Origin: Nitrospirota bacterium
GTDB taxonomy: Bacteria > Nitrospirota > Thermodesulfovibrionia > Thermodesulfovibrionales > UBA9159
Assembly (NCBI GenBank): GCA_963699545.1
Contig: CAVOUE010000003.1
Coordinates: 32,001 to 96,000, forward strand
Length of the DNA stretch: 64,000 bases
Direction of reading: 5' to 3'
Positions 29,908-39,773 of this stretch are shown one piece after another (positions within the stretch are counted from its first letter, which is position 1; each line of letters opens with the position of its first letter). A program made the translations under genes and the position numbers. A model generated the notes under the pieces. That model made no database searches. It was not told the DNA's origin and saw nothing but the letters and a program-made list of their open reading frames with translations.

Positions 29908-29923
29908 AGCAAATAACATACCA
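29908..29923 (-). promoter_or_regulatory. sigma54 (-24/-12) promoter candidate
   Basis: TGGTAT-GTTAT-TTGCT with correct GG-N10-GC spacing, pointing toward the 29502 gene. Confidence 0.5.
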
Positions 29924-30090
29924 AGCGGCGTCATCGGGAGATTCTTCGGTCTTTCATACAAAAATCGGGATCACCCGGCGGTTGGCTGTGTTCATTATGC
30001 GTCATCCTGTGTACTTATCTCCACATGTCCCCCTTGAGAAGAGTTCCCCTGCTCCGCCGAATCCGTCACTTCGCCATACGGACAATACCG

Positions 30091-31227
30091 TCACGTCGGC
30101 CTCTCCCGGCCCTCCGTGCTATCTGCGCAGAGACGCAGGACACCCTCAAACTGGACGGCGATATGGTCCCACAGAAACTGAGATGAGAATTCCCTGCCCC
30201 GTTTTCCCATCTCCTCTCTCTTGCCGCCGTCCTCCAATAACACCCTTATGGCTTCCGACAGGGCCTCAGCAGAGCCCGAAGGGAAACTGAGACCGAACCC
30301 TTCTCTCCGCACGAAGTCGAGTTCCGCGATATCACTTACGACCACCGGCTTTCCGCACGCGGCAGCCTCCAGTACGCTCACCGGCGAAGATTCATGGCGC
30401 GATGGCAGGACAATGACCGTCGCCCTGGACAAGAGTCTCTTCTTCCCCTCTCCCGTCACAAACCCCGCATACCCGATCCTCTCCCTGAGGGAAGGAGCGC
30501 AGTCCGATACCAGAGTATCGAACCTGTCGAATTCATACCCGGCGAGGATGAGCCTTATTCTTGGATACTCAGGGGCTATCCTTTTGAATGCCTCAATGAG
30601 GAGGTCGAGACCCTTTGTATACGTATCTATCCTGCTGAAAAAAAGGATATATGCCCCGTCCTCAGGGGTAACCTGCAAGAGCTCTTCGTTGATGCCGTTC
30701 GGTATAACATGGCACTGTATATTCTTCTTCCTGAGCCTCGCCGTCACCTTTTCCTTTGTGATCGGTGAAACGAAGATGAACCTCTCATACAGTCCCGGAT
30801 AGAACCGTTCCACCAGATGCATCGGGATCGCATAGACCGGATGAAACTTTCTGAAGGAATGTTCTTCCATTATGCCCTGCACCTGCAGGAATACGGGTGT
30901 CCTGGTGAACAGTGTTGAAAAAAAAGGGGTCGAGGGAAGGAAGTTTTCGACGATGACGTCGAACCCGCTCCCCTGCTTCCTCACAAAACTCGCCGCCTGA
31001 ACGGTATAGGTGAGGACGCTCCTTGTGAGGCTGCTGCTCCCCGCTCCCACAAAAAGATGCCTCAACCCTTCAATATCACCGTCCCGTGCTCCTGGGTACT
31101 TCATGCAGAGAAGCGTGACCTCATGCCTGTCCTTGAGCCTTCGATAGATCTCATACGCCCTCACACCGGCCCCTCCATATCCGAAGGGACTTCCAGGGCT
31201 TTCATAGATGAGCTGGAGAATCTTCAT
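30091..31227 (-). CDS. glycosyltransferase family 4
   Basis: SRIDTYTKGLD and PSRHESSPVSVLEAAACG motifs; paralog of 36935-38070. Confidence 0.9.
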   Translation of the reverse strand: MKILQLIYESPGSPFGYGGAGVRAYEIYRRLKDRHEVTLLCMKYPGARDGDIEGLRHLFVGAGSSSLTRSVLTYTVQAASFVRKQGSGFDVIVENFLPSTPFFSTLFTRTPVFLQVQGIMEEHSFRKFHPVYAIPMHLVERFYPGLYERFIFVSPITKEKVTARLRKKNIQCHVIPNGINEELLQVTPEDGAYILFFSRIDTYTKGLDLLIEAFKRIAPEYPRIRLILAGYEFDRFDTLVSDCAPSLRERIGYAGFVTGEGKKRLLSRATVIVLPSRHESSPVSVLEAAACGKPVVVSDIAELDFVRREGFGLSFPSGSAEALSEAIRVLLEDGGKREEMGKRGREFSSQFLWDHIAVQFEGVLRLCADSTEGRERPT

Positions 31228-31467
31228 TTCAAATATTGCTGAGGCGGTTCACCCTTTCGTAGACCTCAGGAACGGCAAGAAGTCCCTCGCCATTTTGCCC
31301 CGCACCGTCGGCCCGCGGCAAACCGGATGGGCAACACCTGCCCGCCGTATCGGCCATAGCGTTCTTGACCTCTCGCTCCGACACCGTGGTCAAGAACGAT
31401 TTCCAATTTCCGCCGAAAGAAAATGTTATTTCTTCCCGTCCGTCCTATCGTCTCCGGACATCTCATA

Positions 31468-32578
31468 TCACTTCTTTTCGAGAGTCTTGGTTAAAGCGAC
31501 GAAATGGGGCTGCTTCTTAGCTTTAATGGACCTCCTCATGATTCTGTTTAAGAATAATTTAAGTCTTCTTGCGCGTTTCGGGCGCTTCGTTGAGGGAAGC
31601 ATTCTTCTCACATAATCTTCCAATTTTCCCCTATACTGAGGTATGAGTTGTGTTGCCGTCTCAAATTCTGCCAGGTCTCCTTTTTCGATAGCTCGAATCG
31701 AATCAAAAGCGCCGGTCACGCCTTCGCGAGTCATCTGTCGTATCGGAAGATTGAGCATATCACAGAAAGAGGCCGCCCGGCTGTCGTGAGAAAGGATTAC
31801 CGCCGGTCTCCCATGAGCAAGAGCAAACATTCCGGAATGCAACCTCACAGAAACGACGAAACGCGCAGATAGAAGGCTTTGAACGATGTCCTGTATGTCT
31901 CTTACCGTTTGTTTGCCTTCCAACAAGAGCAAATCAGGATCTGACTGCACTATGTTAATGCCGTCAGGGTATTCTTCAAAGAACCTATCCACTAAGAGGT
32001 GCTGAGCCTTTGAGGCCTCTTCCCCAACCACATGTAACAGGATTTTACTTACGGCCAATACAGGGTTTTGCATCCCGGGGGTAAAACCATCAAAATTCTC
32101 GGGATATGCCAAGACAGGACATCCGATAAGTTCAGCACTGACCCCATGCGATGCCAGCCACGCCCCAGTTCGCGGGTCACGAACGCCTATCCCCTCAGCG
32201 CCCTTTGCCCATATTAGCAAGTCTCGTATCTCGGGAGAGATTGCGGGAACCCCTGAAGCATCCAATGGTCCGCTGTAGCCGACACCAAACAGCCAATAGG
32301 GGATTTTGATCTTCCGGAGTATCTTCTGTTGTCCACCTCCACCCCGGGTATATGTCCTGAAAAATGTTTGTACCTGCAAAGATTGCCGCATCGCAATTAT
32401 TGATACACGCAAGCTCTCTTTTCGTAGGACGATGCAAATATGAGAACTCTTCGACCCTCCCTGTAAAATCGCTGCGCCTGAACAGACGAATGGTCGCATC
32501 GCAAATCAATATGTTGCCAAGGTTATAGGGATAACCAATGACGTGACTTCCTAAGGGTAAAATGAGAGCAACTGTCAT
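31468..32578 (-). CDS. polysaccharide pyruvyl transferase family protein (frameshift near 32316-32322)
   Basis: NLGN..I and AGTNIFQD in ORF 32195-32632; FGVG, GVRD, GCP and RLHSGMFAL in ORF 31468-32499. Removing one base gives TTEDLRKIKIP. Confidence 0.8.
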
Positions 32579-32669
32579 GTCTTCCCTATGTGGTCCAATG
32601 AGCAAAGCAGATTGTGCACTCATCGTGTGCATAGCAACCCGTTTTGGGCTTATCTCTCAGTCTTCGCAT
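32572..32669. repeat. 98-bp direct repeat copy A (orphan duplicate of the radical SAM gene 3' end + RBS + next ATG)
   Basis: 89/98 identical to 35107-35204 by manual alignment. Confidence 0.92.
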
Positions 32670-32682
32670 GACCGTGATAATC

Positions 32683-33750
32683 TTACGAGCCCCCCTTTAG
32701 GTGCAGCATATGATAGTTATAGTTTAGATTCTGCGTGCCGGTGCCGGCGGAATTTTTCCTGGTGTACGTTAAGGCCTGCTGTAAGTTCAGTGTCTCTTCC
32801 CTATACAAAGTTATGGCTTTCTTAAGCGTATTTAATATAGCGTCATCTGTTTCATAATTGAGCATTAATGTTGCAAACTCGTCGTCAACCAATTGATAAT
32901 AATATTTCTCATGTTCAATGTGATATATCTTGCTAAGATTGAAATAAATCGGAAATTGTGTAATTTTTTCAAGTTCCCTGCTCAATTCGCATACTCCTTT
33001 TTGTTCGCAGATGTGAATATCCTCGAAGTACATATTATTGCCGCGTAAAAACCAATTATATCGTTTGGCAAACTCTTTTTTTATGAAATACACGTCTTCG
33101 TAGTACCTTTGCAGTTTGGTGAATCCCCTCTTGTTCGGCTTGATCCTCTTTCTAAAACCGAAGCAGAAAAGTTTCAAGGCATTCTTTCTCAGCTGGTTTA
33201 TTTCCCTCTTCCACAGATAAAACCATGAAAACATTGAATAGTAATTAAATGCCCAATGGCGAGCGTCTTTTATATTCGTATGTTTCAGATATCGGACAAA
33301 TTCCTCTGCGGTTTGAGCGCCCAATAAAGGCTTCATGGCCTCATAGTTCACCTGCGTCCTCATGAGATTCCCGAACATTATGTCGAAATCATTTTTCTCC
33401 AAGACTTTTATTGCATTCTCAACATAATCCACATCCAGGAATTCCTCCGTGTGCAAAGACATGAAATAGTCATTCAGGATATTCCGGTCTAACAAAACAT
33501 TATGGAAGGCATATAAATCCCAGATCGGATATTTCCCCAAGAAATATTCTTTTCCAATAGCAAAGACCTGGTAATCAAAATCCGGTGTGATACTCAGTCT
33601 TGAAAATATTTCCTTCTCACTCATCAGAGTCTGATTGTAGAATATGACATTGAATGCCTTTCTTGTTTGCAAATTTAGTGAGTGAATCAGCGCATTGAGG
33701 ATTGCAATATCTTTGACGGGATCAATGGTAACGATAAAGCTTAATTTCAT
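32683..33750 (-). CDS. hypothetical protein, divergent GT-A/GT2-like
   Basis: MKLSFIVT...LIHSLNLQT..FNVIF resembles a GT2 N-terminus. The DxD position reads HTEEF and there is a late YHIEH motif. AT-rich. Confidence 0.55.
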   Translation of the reverse strand: MKLSFIVTIDPVKDIAILNALIHSLNLQTRKAFNVIFYNQTLMSEKEIFSRLSITPDFDYQVFAIGKEYFLGKYPIWDLYAFHNVLLDRNILNDYFMSLHTEEFLDVDYVENAIKVLEKNDFDIMFGNLMRTQVNYEAMKPLLGAQTAEEFVRYLKHTNIKDARHWAFNYYSMFSWFYLWKREINQLRKNALKLFCFGFRKRIKPNKRGFTKLQRYYEDVYFIKKEFAKRYNWFLRGNNMYFEDIHICEQKGVCELSRELEKITQFPIYFNLSKIYHIEHEKYYYQLVDDEFATLMLNYETDDAILNTLKKAITLYREETLNLQQALTYTRKNSAGTGTQNLNYNYHMLHLKGGS

Positions 33751-33806
33751 TACGTTACCTGCTCAACAATCCTGTAAAAGTCCCGCATTTCAAGCGCAAT
33801 TGTGCC

Positions 33807-34949
33807 TCATGCGGTTTCAATGGCGCCCGTCATTATCGCCGCTGCAATACGCTCAGCGGCATGGCCGTCCCATAGCGGCGGTATCTGTCCCTGTTTCCCA
33901 CCGTCAGTCAGGATCCGCCTGACCTCAAACCGAAGGCGCTCCATATCGTGGCCAACCAGGGTATTCGTTCCCAGGGTCATTGTGACCGGTCGCTCGGTAT
34001 TCTCCCGCAAGGTCAGGCAAGGTACACCCATATAGGTGGTTTCCTCCTGGATACCACCTGAATCCGTAATCACAAAGGTAGCATATCGCTGCAGGGCCAG
34101 GAAATCCAAATAACCGAGAGGGCCGACAAAATACAACTGCGAACCGCCGGTAGTAAATTGCAAACCCTCCAACTTCTGACGCGTACGAGGGTGGAGAGGA
34201 AAGATCAGCGGCACGTCGCGGCTGATGTCGCTCAGGGCATCCATGATCCGGGTGAAGAGAACGGGACTGTCTACGTTAGATGGGCGGTGCAGCGTCACTA
34301 TCCCATAGTGTTTGCACCCGAGATCAAAACATTCGTCTCTCTGAGCTGTATTCAAGACAGAAAGGGTGGCTCCTGAACATTGGATGGGCCAATGTGTCAA
34401 CGCCTTGGGCAATAGGCGCACGAGGGTATCAATCATCACGTTGCCAACGAGATGGATCTTCTCCAGAGCCACTCCTTCACGGAGCAGATTTTCATCGCCG
34501 TCCGTGGACGGAGTGAAAAGCAGGTCTGCGATCCGGTCAGTGACGAGGCGATTGACTTCCTCGGGCATGGCGCGGTCGAAAGAGCGTAGCCCTGCTTCAA
34601 CATGTCCAACGGAGATTAATAGCTTGGCACACACCAACGCAGCCGCCATTGTAGAGTTTACATCGCCGTAAACCAGTACCAGGTCCGGCTTGCGCTCCAA
34701 CACAACCGGTTCAAAGCGGCTCATAATCTCGGCTGTCTGCCGAGCGTGGCTGCCTGACCCAACTGCCAGGTTGACGTCTGGTTGGGGCATGTCCAGTTGC
34801 AGGAGGAAAACGTCAGACATGTCGGCATCGTAGTGCTGGCCGGTTTGGACAAGTGTCTGACGAATGCCGGCGCAGCAGGCCACGGCTTGCATCACCGGAG
34901 CAGCCTTCATGAAGTTGGGGCGAGCTCCCACTACGTGAAGGATATGCAT
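33807..34949 (-). CDS. wecB: UDP-N-acetylglucosamine 2-epimerase (non-hydrolysing)
   Basis: VGARPNFMK, TGQHYD, GDVNST, HVEAGLRS, TLHRPSNVD, TDSGGIQEE and LRENTERP motifs. Confidence 0.95.
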   Translation of the reverse strand: MHILHVVGARPNFMKAAPVMQAVACCAGIRQTLVQTGQHYDADMSDVFLLQLDMPQPDVNLAVGSGSHARQTAEIMSRFEPVVLERKPDLVLVYGDVNSTMAAALVCAKLLISVGHVEAGLRSFDRAMPEEVNRLVTDRIADLLFTPSTDGDENLLREGVALEKIHLVGNVMIDTLVRLLPKALTHWPIQCSGATLSVLNTAQRDECFDLGCKHYGIVTLHRPSNVDSPVLFTRIMDALSDISRDVPLIFPLHPRTRQKLEGLQFTTGGSQLYFVGPLGYLDFLALQRYATFVITDSGGIQEETTYMGVPCLTLRENTERPVTMTLGTNTLVGHDMERLRFEVRRILTDGGKQGQIPPLWDGHAAERIAAAIMTGAIETA

Positions 34950-35106
34950 AGGCAATCTATGAAATCAGGTTCGTTACGATTCACAAACTCACATTCCTCG
35001 GTCTGCTGATTCATTCCCTCTTGCCTGCCGGCCTGTGTGAATACCGCTGCGATGAAATTTTCGGCACACGCCTCTGCCGGCCATCCACTGTGCAAGGCGT
35101 CCAGGC

Positions 35107-35204
35107 CTGTCATGTCTTCCCTATTTGGCCCAATGAGCAAAACAGGTTTTACACTCATCGTGTGCATAGCAACCCGCCTTGAGCTTATCTCTCAGTCTTC
35201 GCAT
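35107..35204. repeat. 98-bp direct repeat copy B (native 3' end of the GT2-radical SAM gene)
   Basis: Matches 32572-32669. Confidence 0.92.
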
Positions 35205-36926
35205 CTCTGGTGAATTAAAAGGGTCTTCTTCCTTGAAAATATTGCCAAAACGAGTATCCGGCTGAATCTTCCTCTGACAACCGCCGATGTTTCCGTCACC
35301 GTCAAGGTTGATGACATCATTATAGGAGTTACAATGTAGTTTGGGGTCATCAAGATCCACATAGTATGGTTTCAATGCGACATACTTTCTGTTCTCACAC
35401 AGCTCATCGATTCTCCCGATAATGTCTCTGTCTTTCACCGTGATGATCTTGCGAGTCTCCTCTTCATTCATGGGGTCATAAACCAGATAATTGAGCAGAT
35501 GGACAAACCGGGGGTTCAGACTGTCACAGACTGACAGTATTTTATCCAGTGACGTGTAAGTCTCTCTATTAACTATATAGCTGAACCCCACATTCTTGTA
35601 CCGCTCTTTTAGTACGATGAAATTACCCATTACCTGATCAAAGACCGGGACACCGCAATAAGCAGCGTAACTCTCATTATCAAACCCATACAAGCTTATG
35701 GAAATATAATCCGGAGCGAACTGCAATGAAAGGAGTTTGTCGAGATGTGTTCCATTGGTTATTATTCCGACGTATTTCATCTTCATTTTCAGGAAATCTA
35801 CGATGCGGACAAAATCAGAACAGAGTGTCGGCTCGCCAAATCCGGCTATACAATAACTGCTCACCGAAGGATATAATGATACCATCCTTTGCACGGTATC
35901 GAGTTTCATTTCCTTCACTCTCTTGACGCCTACCGCCTGCCTGCTGCAGCCGCCGCACCTCAGATTACATGTGTCTGTCATGTATAACGTGCAACTCCGG
36001 GGCGCCGATTTCTTTTGCAGCAGAGCAATGGGATTAAGCAGAGATACCCTGAGGAAATTGAGCAGACCTACTATTTGAAAGAAATAAAGAATACCTTTAT
36101 CGACCATTCTACTCAGAGCACTATCTGCCTGCACCATCTTTCTTGACTGCATAAAGGCCCAGAGCTTCCATTTGCTCTGCAACGTCACACCATGTTTTTC
36201 CTTTATCCGTTCAAATGACCGCTCTATACTGCCAATGTCATATCTCGCCAACACAGCCTTCCTGTCTCCCTCTTGCTTAATCCGCCTGTGCTCATGATAC
36301 AACTCGATATCCCCTATAAGCTTTGCCCTTACAGGTTCCCCCTTGACGATCCCCCTGATCGCAAACTCATAGTCCTCTACCCCGACGAACATCTGATCAT
36401 CATATAACCCGAGACGCTCTAAAAGTCTTCTGTTCACAAATGACGCCCCGCCGGGGAAACTGTTCGTTTCTCCATCAATACTGTCCTTAAACTTGACCTC
36501 ATCGCCTGCAAGGGCGAATGCATGAAAGGTGAGATAGCATTTTTCATGTACGCTGTATACCCTTGGTATAAATGCTTCAACTGTCCCGTTATGCTCTATA
36601 TGCTGCCTTATCCTCTCAACCCAGTCATTTGTTCTGATAGTAATGTCATTATCGACAAAGAGGAGCCACTCCTCCGTGCTTTCAGAGATTATGCGGTTCC
36701 TCCCGACACCGACACCGAGGTTGATAGCTGAATCGATTATCCTCACCTGTCCATACTGAGCACAGAATTCCTGCAACCCCTTTCGTGCAGGCTGTGACGA
36801 ACCATTGTTCAATACGTACAGGGGGACGCCGGAGGGAAGAAAACTGCTGATGCACTCAATGGTCTGTTCGAGTTTCTCATAAAAAAGGATGCATACCGCC
36901 AAATCTATGCCTGATGTGTGCCTCAC
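35121..36926 (-). CDS. GT2 glycosyltransferase fused to a radical SAM + SPASM/twitch-like domain
   Basis: N-terminal GT2 (NNGS, LFVDND, GVED); CNLRCGGC (CxxxCxxC), GFGEPTL and TNG; C-terminal C...GNIGGCQ...GNI...CKTC. Confidence 0.88.
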   Translation of the reverse strand: MRHTSGIDLAVCILFYEKLEQTIECISSFLPSGVPLYVLNNGSSQPARKGLQEFCAQYGQVRIIDSAINLGVGVGRNRIISESTEEWLLFVDNDITIRTNDWVERIRQHIEHNGTVEAFIPRVYSVHEKCYLTFHAFALAGDEVKFKDSIDGETNSFPGGASFVNRRLLERLGLYDDQMFVGVEDYEFAIRGIVKGEPVRAKLIGDIELYHEHRRIKQEGDRKAVLARYDIGSIERSFERIKEKHGVTLQSKWKLWAFMQSRKMVQADSALSRMVDKGILYFFQIVGLLNFLRVSLLNPIALLQKKSAPRSCTLYMTDTCNLRCGGCSRQAVGVKRVKEMKLDTVQRMVSLYPSVSSYCIAGFGEPTLCSDFVRIVDFLKMKMKYVGIITNGTHLDKLLSLQFAPDYISISLYGFDNESYAAYCGVPVFDQVMGNFIVLKERYKNVGFSYIVNRETYTSLDKILSVCDSLNPRFVHLLNYLVYDPMNEEETRKIITVKDRDIIGRIDELCENRKYVALKPYYVDLDDPKLHCNSYNDVINLDGDGNIGGCQRKIQPDTRFGNIFKEEDPFNSPEMRRLRDKLKAGCYAHDECKTCFAHWAK

Positions 36927-36934
36927 CTCAGTTA

Positions 36935-38070
36935 TTATACCTCACCTGATGCATGCTCTTTCCCTCTTTCAGCAACCCCGGTGAGAAATCGTTCATAGTC
37001 TTTCGCGATCCTCTCCCAGGTAAATCCCTGCATGAACTTCTTCCCCCTTCGCCCCATCTCCTTCCGTTCATCGTTTGTCACCAGATCTTTCATGGACCGA
37101 GCCAGGGAAAGGACGTTCTCCCGTCTTGAACGACAACCCTGCACCATTGTCTCTCACAAAACCAAATTCCGGAATATCGCTTACGATGACCGCCTTGCCG
37201 CAGGCCATCGCCTCAAGGGCAGCTAAGGGTTGGACCTCGTGGCGCGAAGGAAATACACAAGCCAGCGCACGTCGTATAACCTCCACCTTCTTCTCGCCCG
37301 TAACCCATCCCAGCAACTCGATGTTCTCCCTTATCTCGTACGGTAATGCCGCACGTTTGGCCTTGAATGCCTCTCTGTCCCTCCCGTCTCCCGCGATGAC
37401 CAAGGTGATTTCCGGGAACGATGCATAAAATTCTTTGTATGCGTCTATGAGAAGATCCAGCCCCTTTCCATACATGTCTATCCTCCCAAGATAAAGGATG
37501 TATTCACCGTCATCAGGGGTCGCATCCAATAATTCATGTGACACACCGTTGGGAATAACCTCAGAGTGTCTTCCGCTTCCCAGAGAGAGTTTCCTTGCAG
37601 TTCTCCGAACTTACGAAGATGAAATGGCGATAGAACCTGGGTCTCAGAAATTCCAGAAGAGAGAGGGCGAACGCATAGAGGAGATTGTATTTTCTAAAAT
37701 ATAACTGTCCCGTGTATCCCTGTATCTGCAAAACGATGGGTTTCTCTGTAAAGGCATGCAAAAACGTCGGGATCGCAGGAGAAAATTCCTCGACGATCAC
37801 ATCATATTCATCACCGTGCCTTTTAACAAATTGTGCTGCATGATAGGCGTATGTGAGCAAGGTTACGGTAAGGTCCCTGCTCTCTTTTCCCACAAATATG
37901 TGTCTTAATCCTTCTCGTTCTCCATCTCTGGCCCCAGGATACTTCTTGCATAAAAGCGTTATGGTATGCCGGTCCTGCAGGTGCTTATAAATCTCGTACG
38001 CCCGTGTGCCGACACCGCCGATTCCAAAATAATCGCCCTCACTCTCATAGAGGAGATGAAGGATCCTCAT
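36935..38070 (-). CDS. glycosyltransferase family 4 (two apparent frameshifts, at 37600-37606 and 37115-37121)
   Basis: Three ORF pieces colinear with paralog 30091-31227. Removing one A from GGAGAAC at each site restores SSETARK...VIPNG and FKTGDVLSLA. Confidence 0.87.
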
Positions 38071-38161
38071 CCCTTTTCCTGCGCCGCCCTTTCACATGAT
38101 TTGATAATGCTCTCCGCTCCCTTCGGTGTTGCCGTAGTGGACCTTTACAGGCAGTGATGTC

Positions 38162-38908
38162 TCACGCGCCCGCTTTCATATCAGATTGCTGTGTCTCGTA
38201 CTCGGAAATGACCTCAGCCGCGTCGCCGATCATCTTTATCGATCCGTGATCCAGCCACAAGACCCTTTTGCAGAGATTCCTCACTTCTTCCATATTATGT
38301 GACACAAAGAGTATGGTAATCCCCCTGTTCCTGAATTCCAATATTCTCTCTTTGCTCTTTTCCTTAAAATGAGCATCTCCCACTGCAAGGACCTCGTCCA
38401 CCATCAGGATATCAGGGTCAATTTCTGTCGCGATGGAAAAGCCCAGGCGAGCGATCATTCCCGACGAATAACTCTTCAGGGGCGAATCAATGAAATCTTC
38501 CAGCTCGGCAAATGTTACGATACTCTCGTATTTGTCGGCAATCTCCCTCCGGGAAAATCCGAGTATGGACGCGTTGAGATAAATATTTTCCCTCCCGGTG
38601 AGCTCATAGTCGAACCCGGCGCTCAGTTCAATCAAGGGGGCTATCTTCCCCTGCACCCTTACGCTCCCCGAAGGCACAATCACTCCTGATATGACCTTCA
38701 GAAGGGTACTTTTGCCGGCGCCATTGTGCCCGATGATTCCCAGCGATTCTCCGTCAGCGATATCCAGCGATATATCCCTCAGTGCCAGGAAGGGCCGGGT
38801 CTGAAGCCGCTTGCCCTTGAGATAACGAATGATATATTCCTGGAACGTGCTTCGCCGCGATTCACTGATGAGCCTATACAGAACCGAAACATCCCGGAGC
38901 GTTATCAT
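38162..38908 (-). CDS. wzt: polysaccharide ABC exporter ATPase, short form without a C-terminal domain
   Basis: GHNGAGKST, YSSGMIARLGF, DEVLAVGD and VSH motifs. Confidence 0.92.
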   Translation of the reverse strand: MITLRDVSVLYRLISESRRSTFQEYIIRYLKGKRLQTRPFLALRDISLDIADGESLGIIGHNGAGKSTLLKVISGVIVPSGSVRVQGKIAPLIELSAGFDYELTGRENIYLNASILGFSRREIADKYESIVTFAELEDFIDSPLKSYSSGMIARLGFSIATEIDPDILMVDEVLAVGDAHFKEKSKERILEFRNRGITILFVSHNMEEVRNLCKRVLWLDHGSIKMIGDAAEVISEYETQQSDMKAGA

Positions 38909-38921
38909 GATCCCGTCATCC

Positions 38922-39707
38922 TCAGAGATAGAAAAGTATTCTGTCCTTATTCCGGTAATAGATACTCCACCCGATCAAGAATGAGGCAACGGCAAAGACA
39001 GCACCCAGAGCAAAATGCTCCGTCTTGGGGAGAGTAGCATCGTAAAGACAGGCCCTGAAGAGGGTTATGTAATGGTACAATGGATTCAACGACATAAAGA
39101 TCTGGACCTTTTGGGGAAGGATGGAGAGTGGATAAAATATCGCTGAGAAGTACATCCACGCCATCAATAAGACATCGTAGATATAGATCACGTCGTGAAA
39201 AAAAACAGCAAGGGTAGAAACGGCCAGGACAATGCCCAGAGCGAACATGAAGATGAGGCCAACAACAAAAGGAAGCCACAGCATGCTATAACTGAGATGC
39301 GTGCCTGAAACGATGATAATGACGGAGAGGGGGATAAGGGCAAACATAAAATGTACGAAGGAAGATGCCACTATAGAGATAGGAAAGATCGATTTGGGGA
39401 GATACAACTTATTGATAAGAGCACGGTTCGAAATAAAGGCTATTGAACCAATCTTGGTCCCTTGAGAAAAAAACTGCCACATGGTGATGCCTGACATAAC
39501 ATACGCAGTATAATTCCCCACACTCGCTCCAAAAAGTCCGGAAAATACAGCATAAAAGATCGTCATCATCAAGAGAGGGTCGAGCATGACCCAGAGGAAG
39601 CCGAGAGCAGATCGTTTATATCTTTTTTTGATATCCATTAAGACAAGGTTCCTTAACAGTTCCTTGTATTGTATGATCTCCCCGGCTTCTTTAAAACTTT
39701 TCACCAT
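38922..39707 (-). CDS. wzm: polysaccharide ABC-2 exporter permease
   Basis: DIKKRYKRSALGFLWVMLDPL, FHDV and LNPL motifs; six TM segments. Confidence 0.92.
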   Translation of the reverse strand: MVKSFKEAGEIIQYKELLRNLVLMDIKKRYKRSALGFLWVMLDPLLMMTIFYAVFSGLFGASVGNYTAYVMSGITMWQFFSQGTKIGSIAFISNRALINKLYLPKSIFPISIVASSFVHFMFALIPLSVIIIVSGTHLSYSMLWLPFVVGLIFMFALGIVLAVSTLAVFFHDVIYIYDVLLMAWMYFSAIFYPLSILPQKVQIFMSLNPLYHYITLFRACLYDATLPKTEHFALGAVFAVASFLIGWSIYYRNKDRILFYL

Positions 39708-39773
39708 GCCCTTTACCTTATCGCATATAAGATACTATAATTAACAATAATTGTAAAAGGACGCCGGAAAGAG

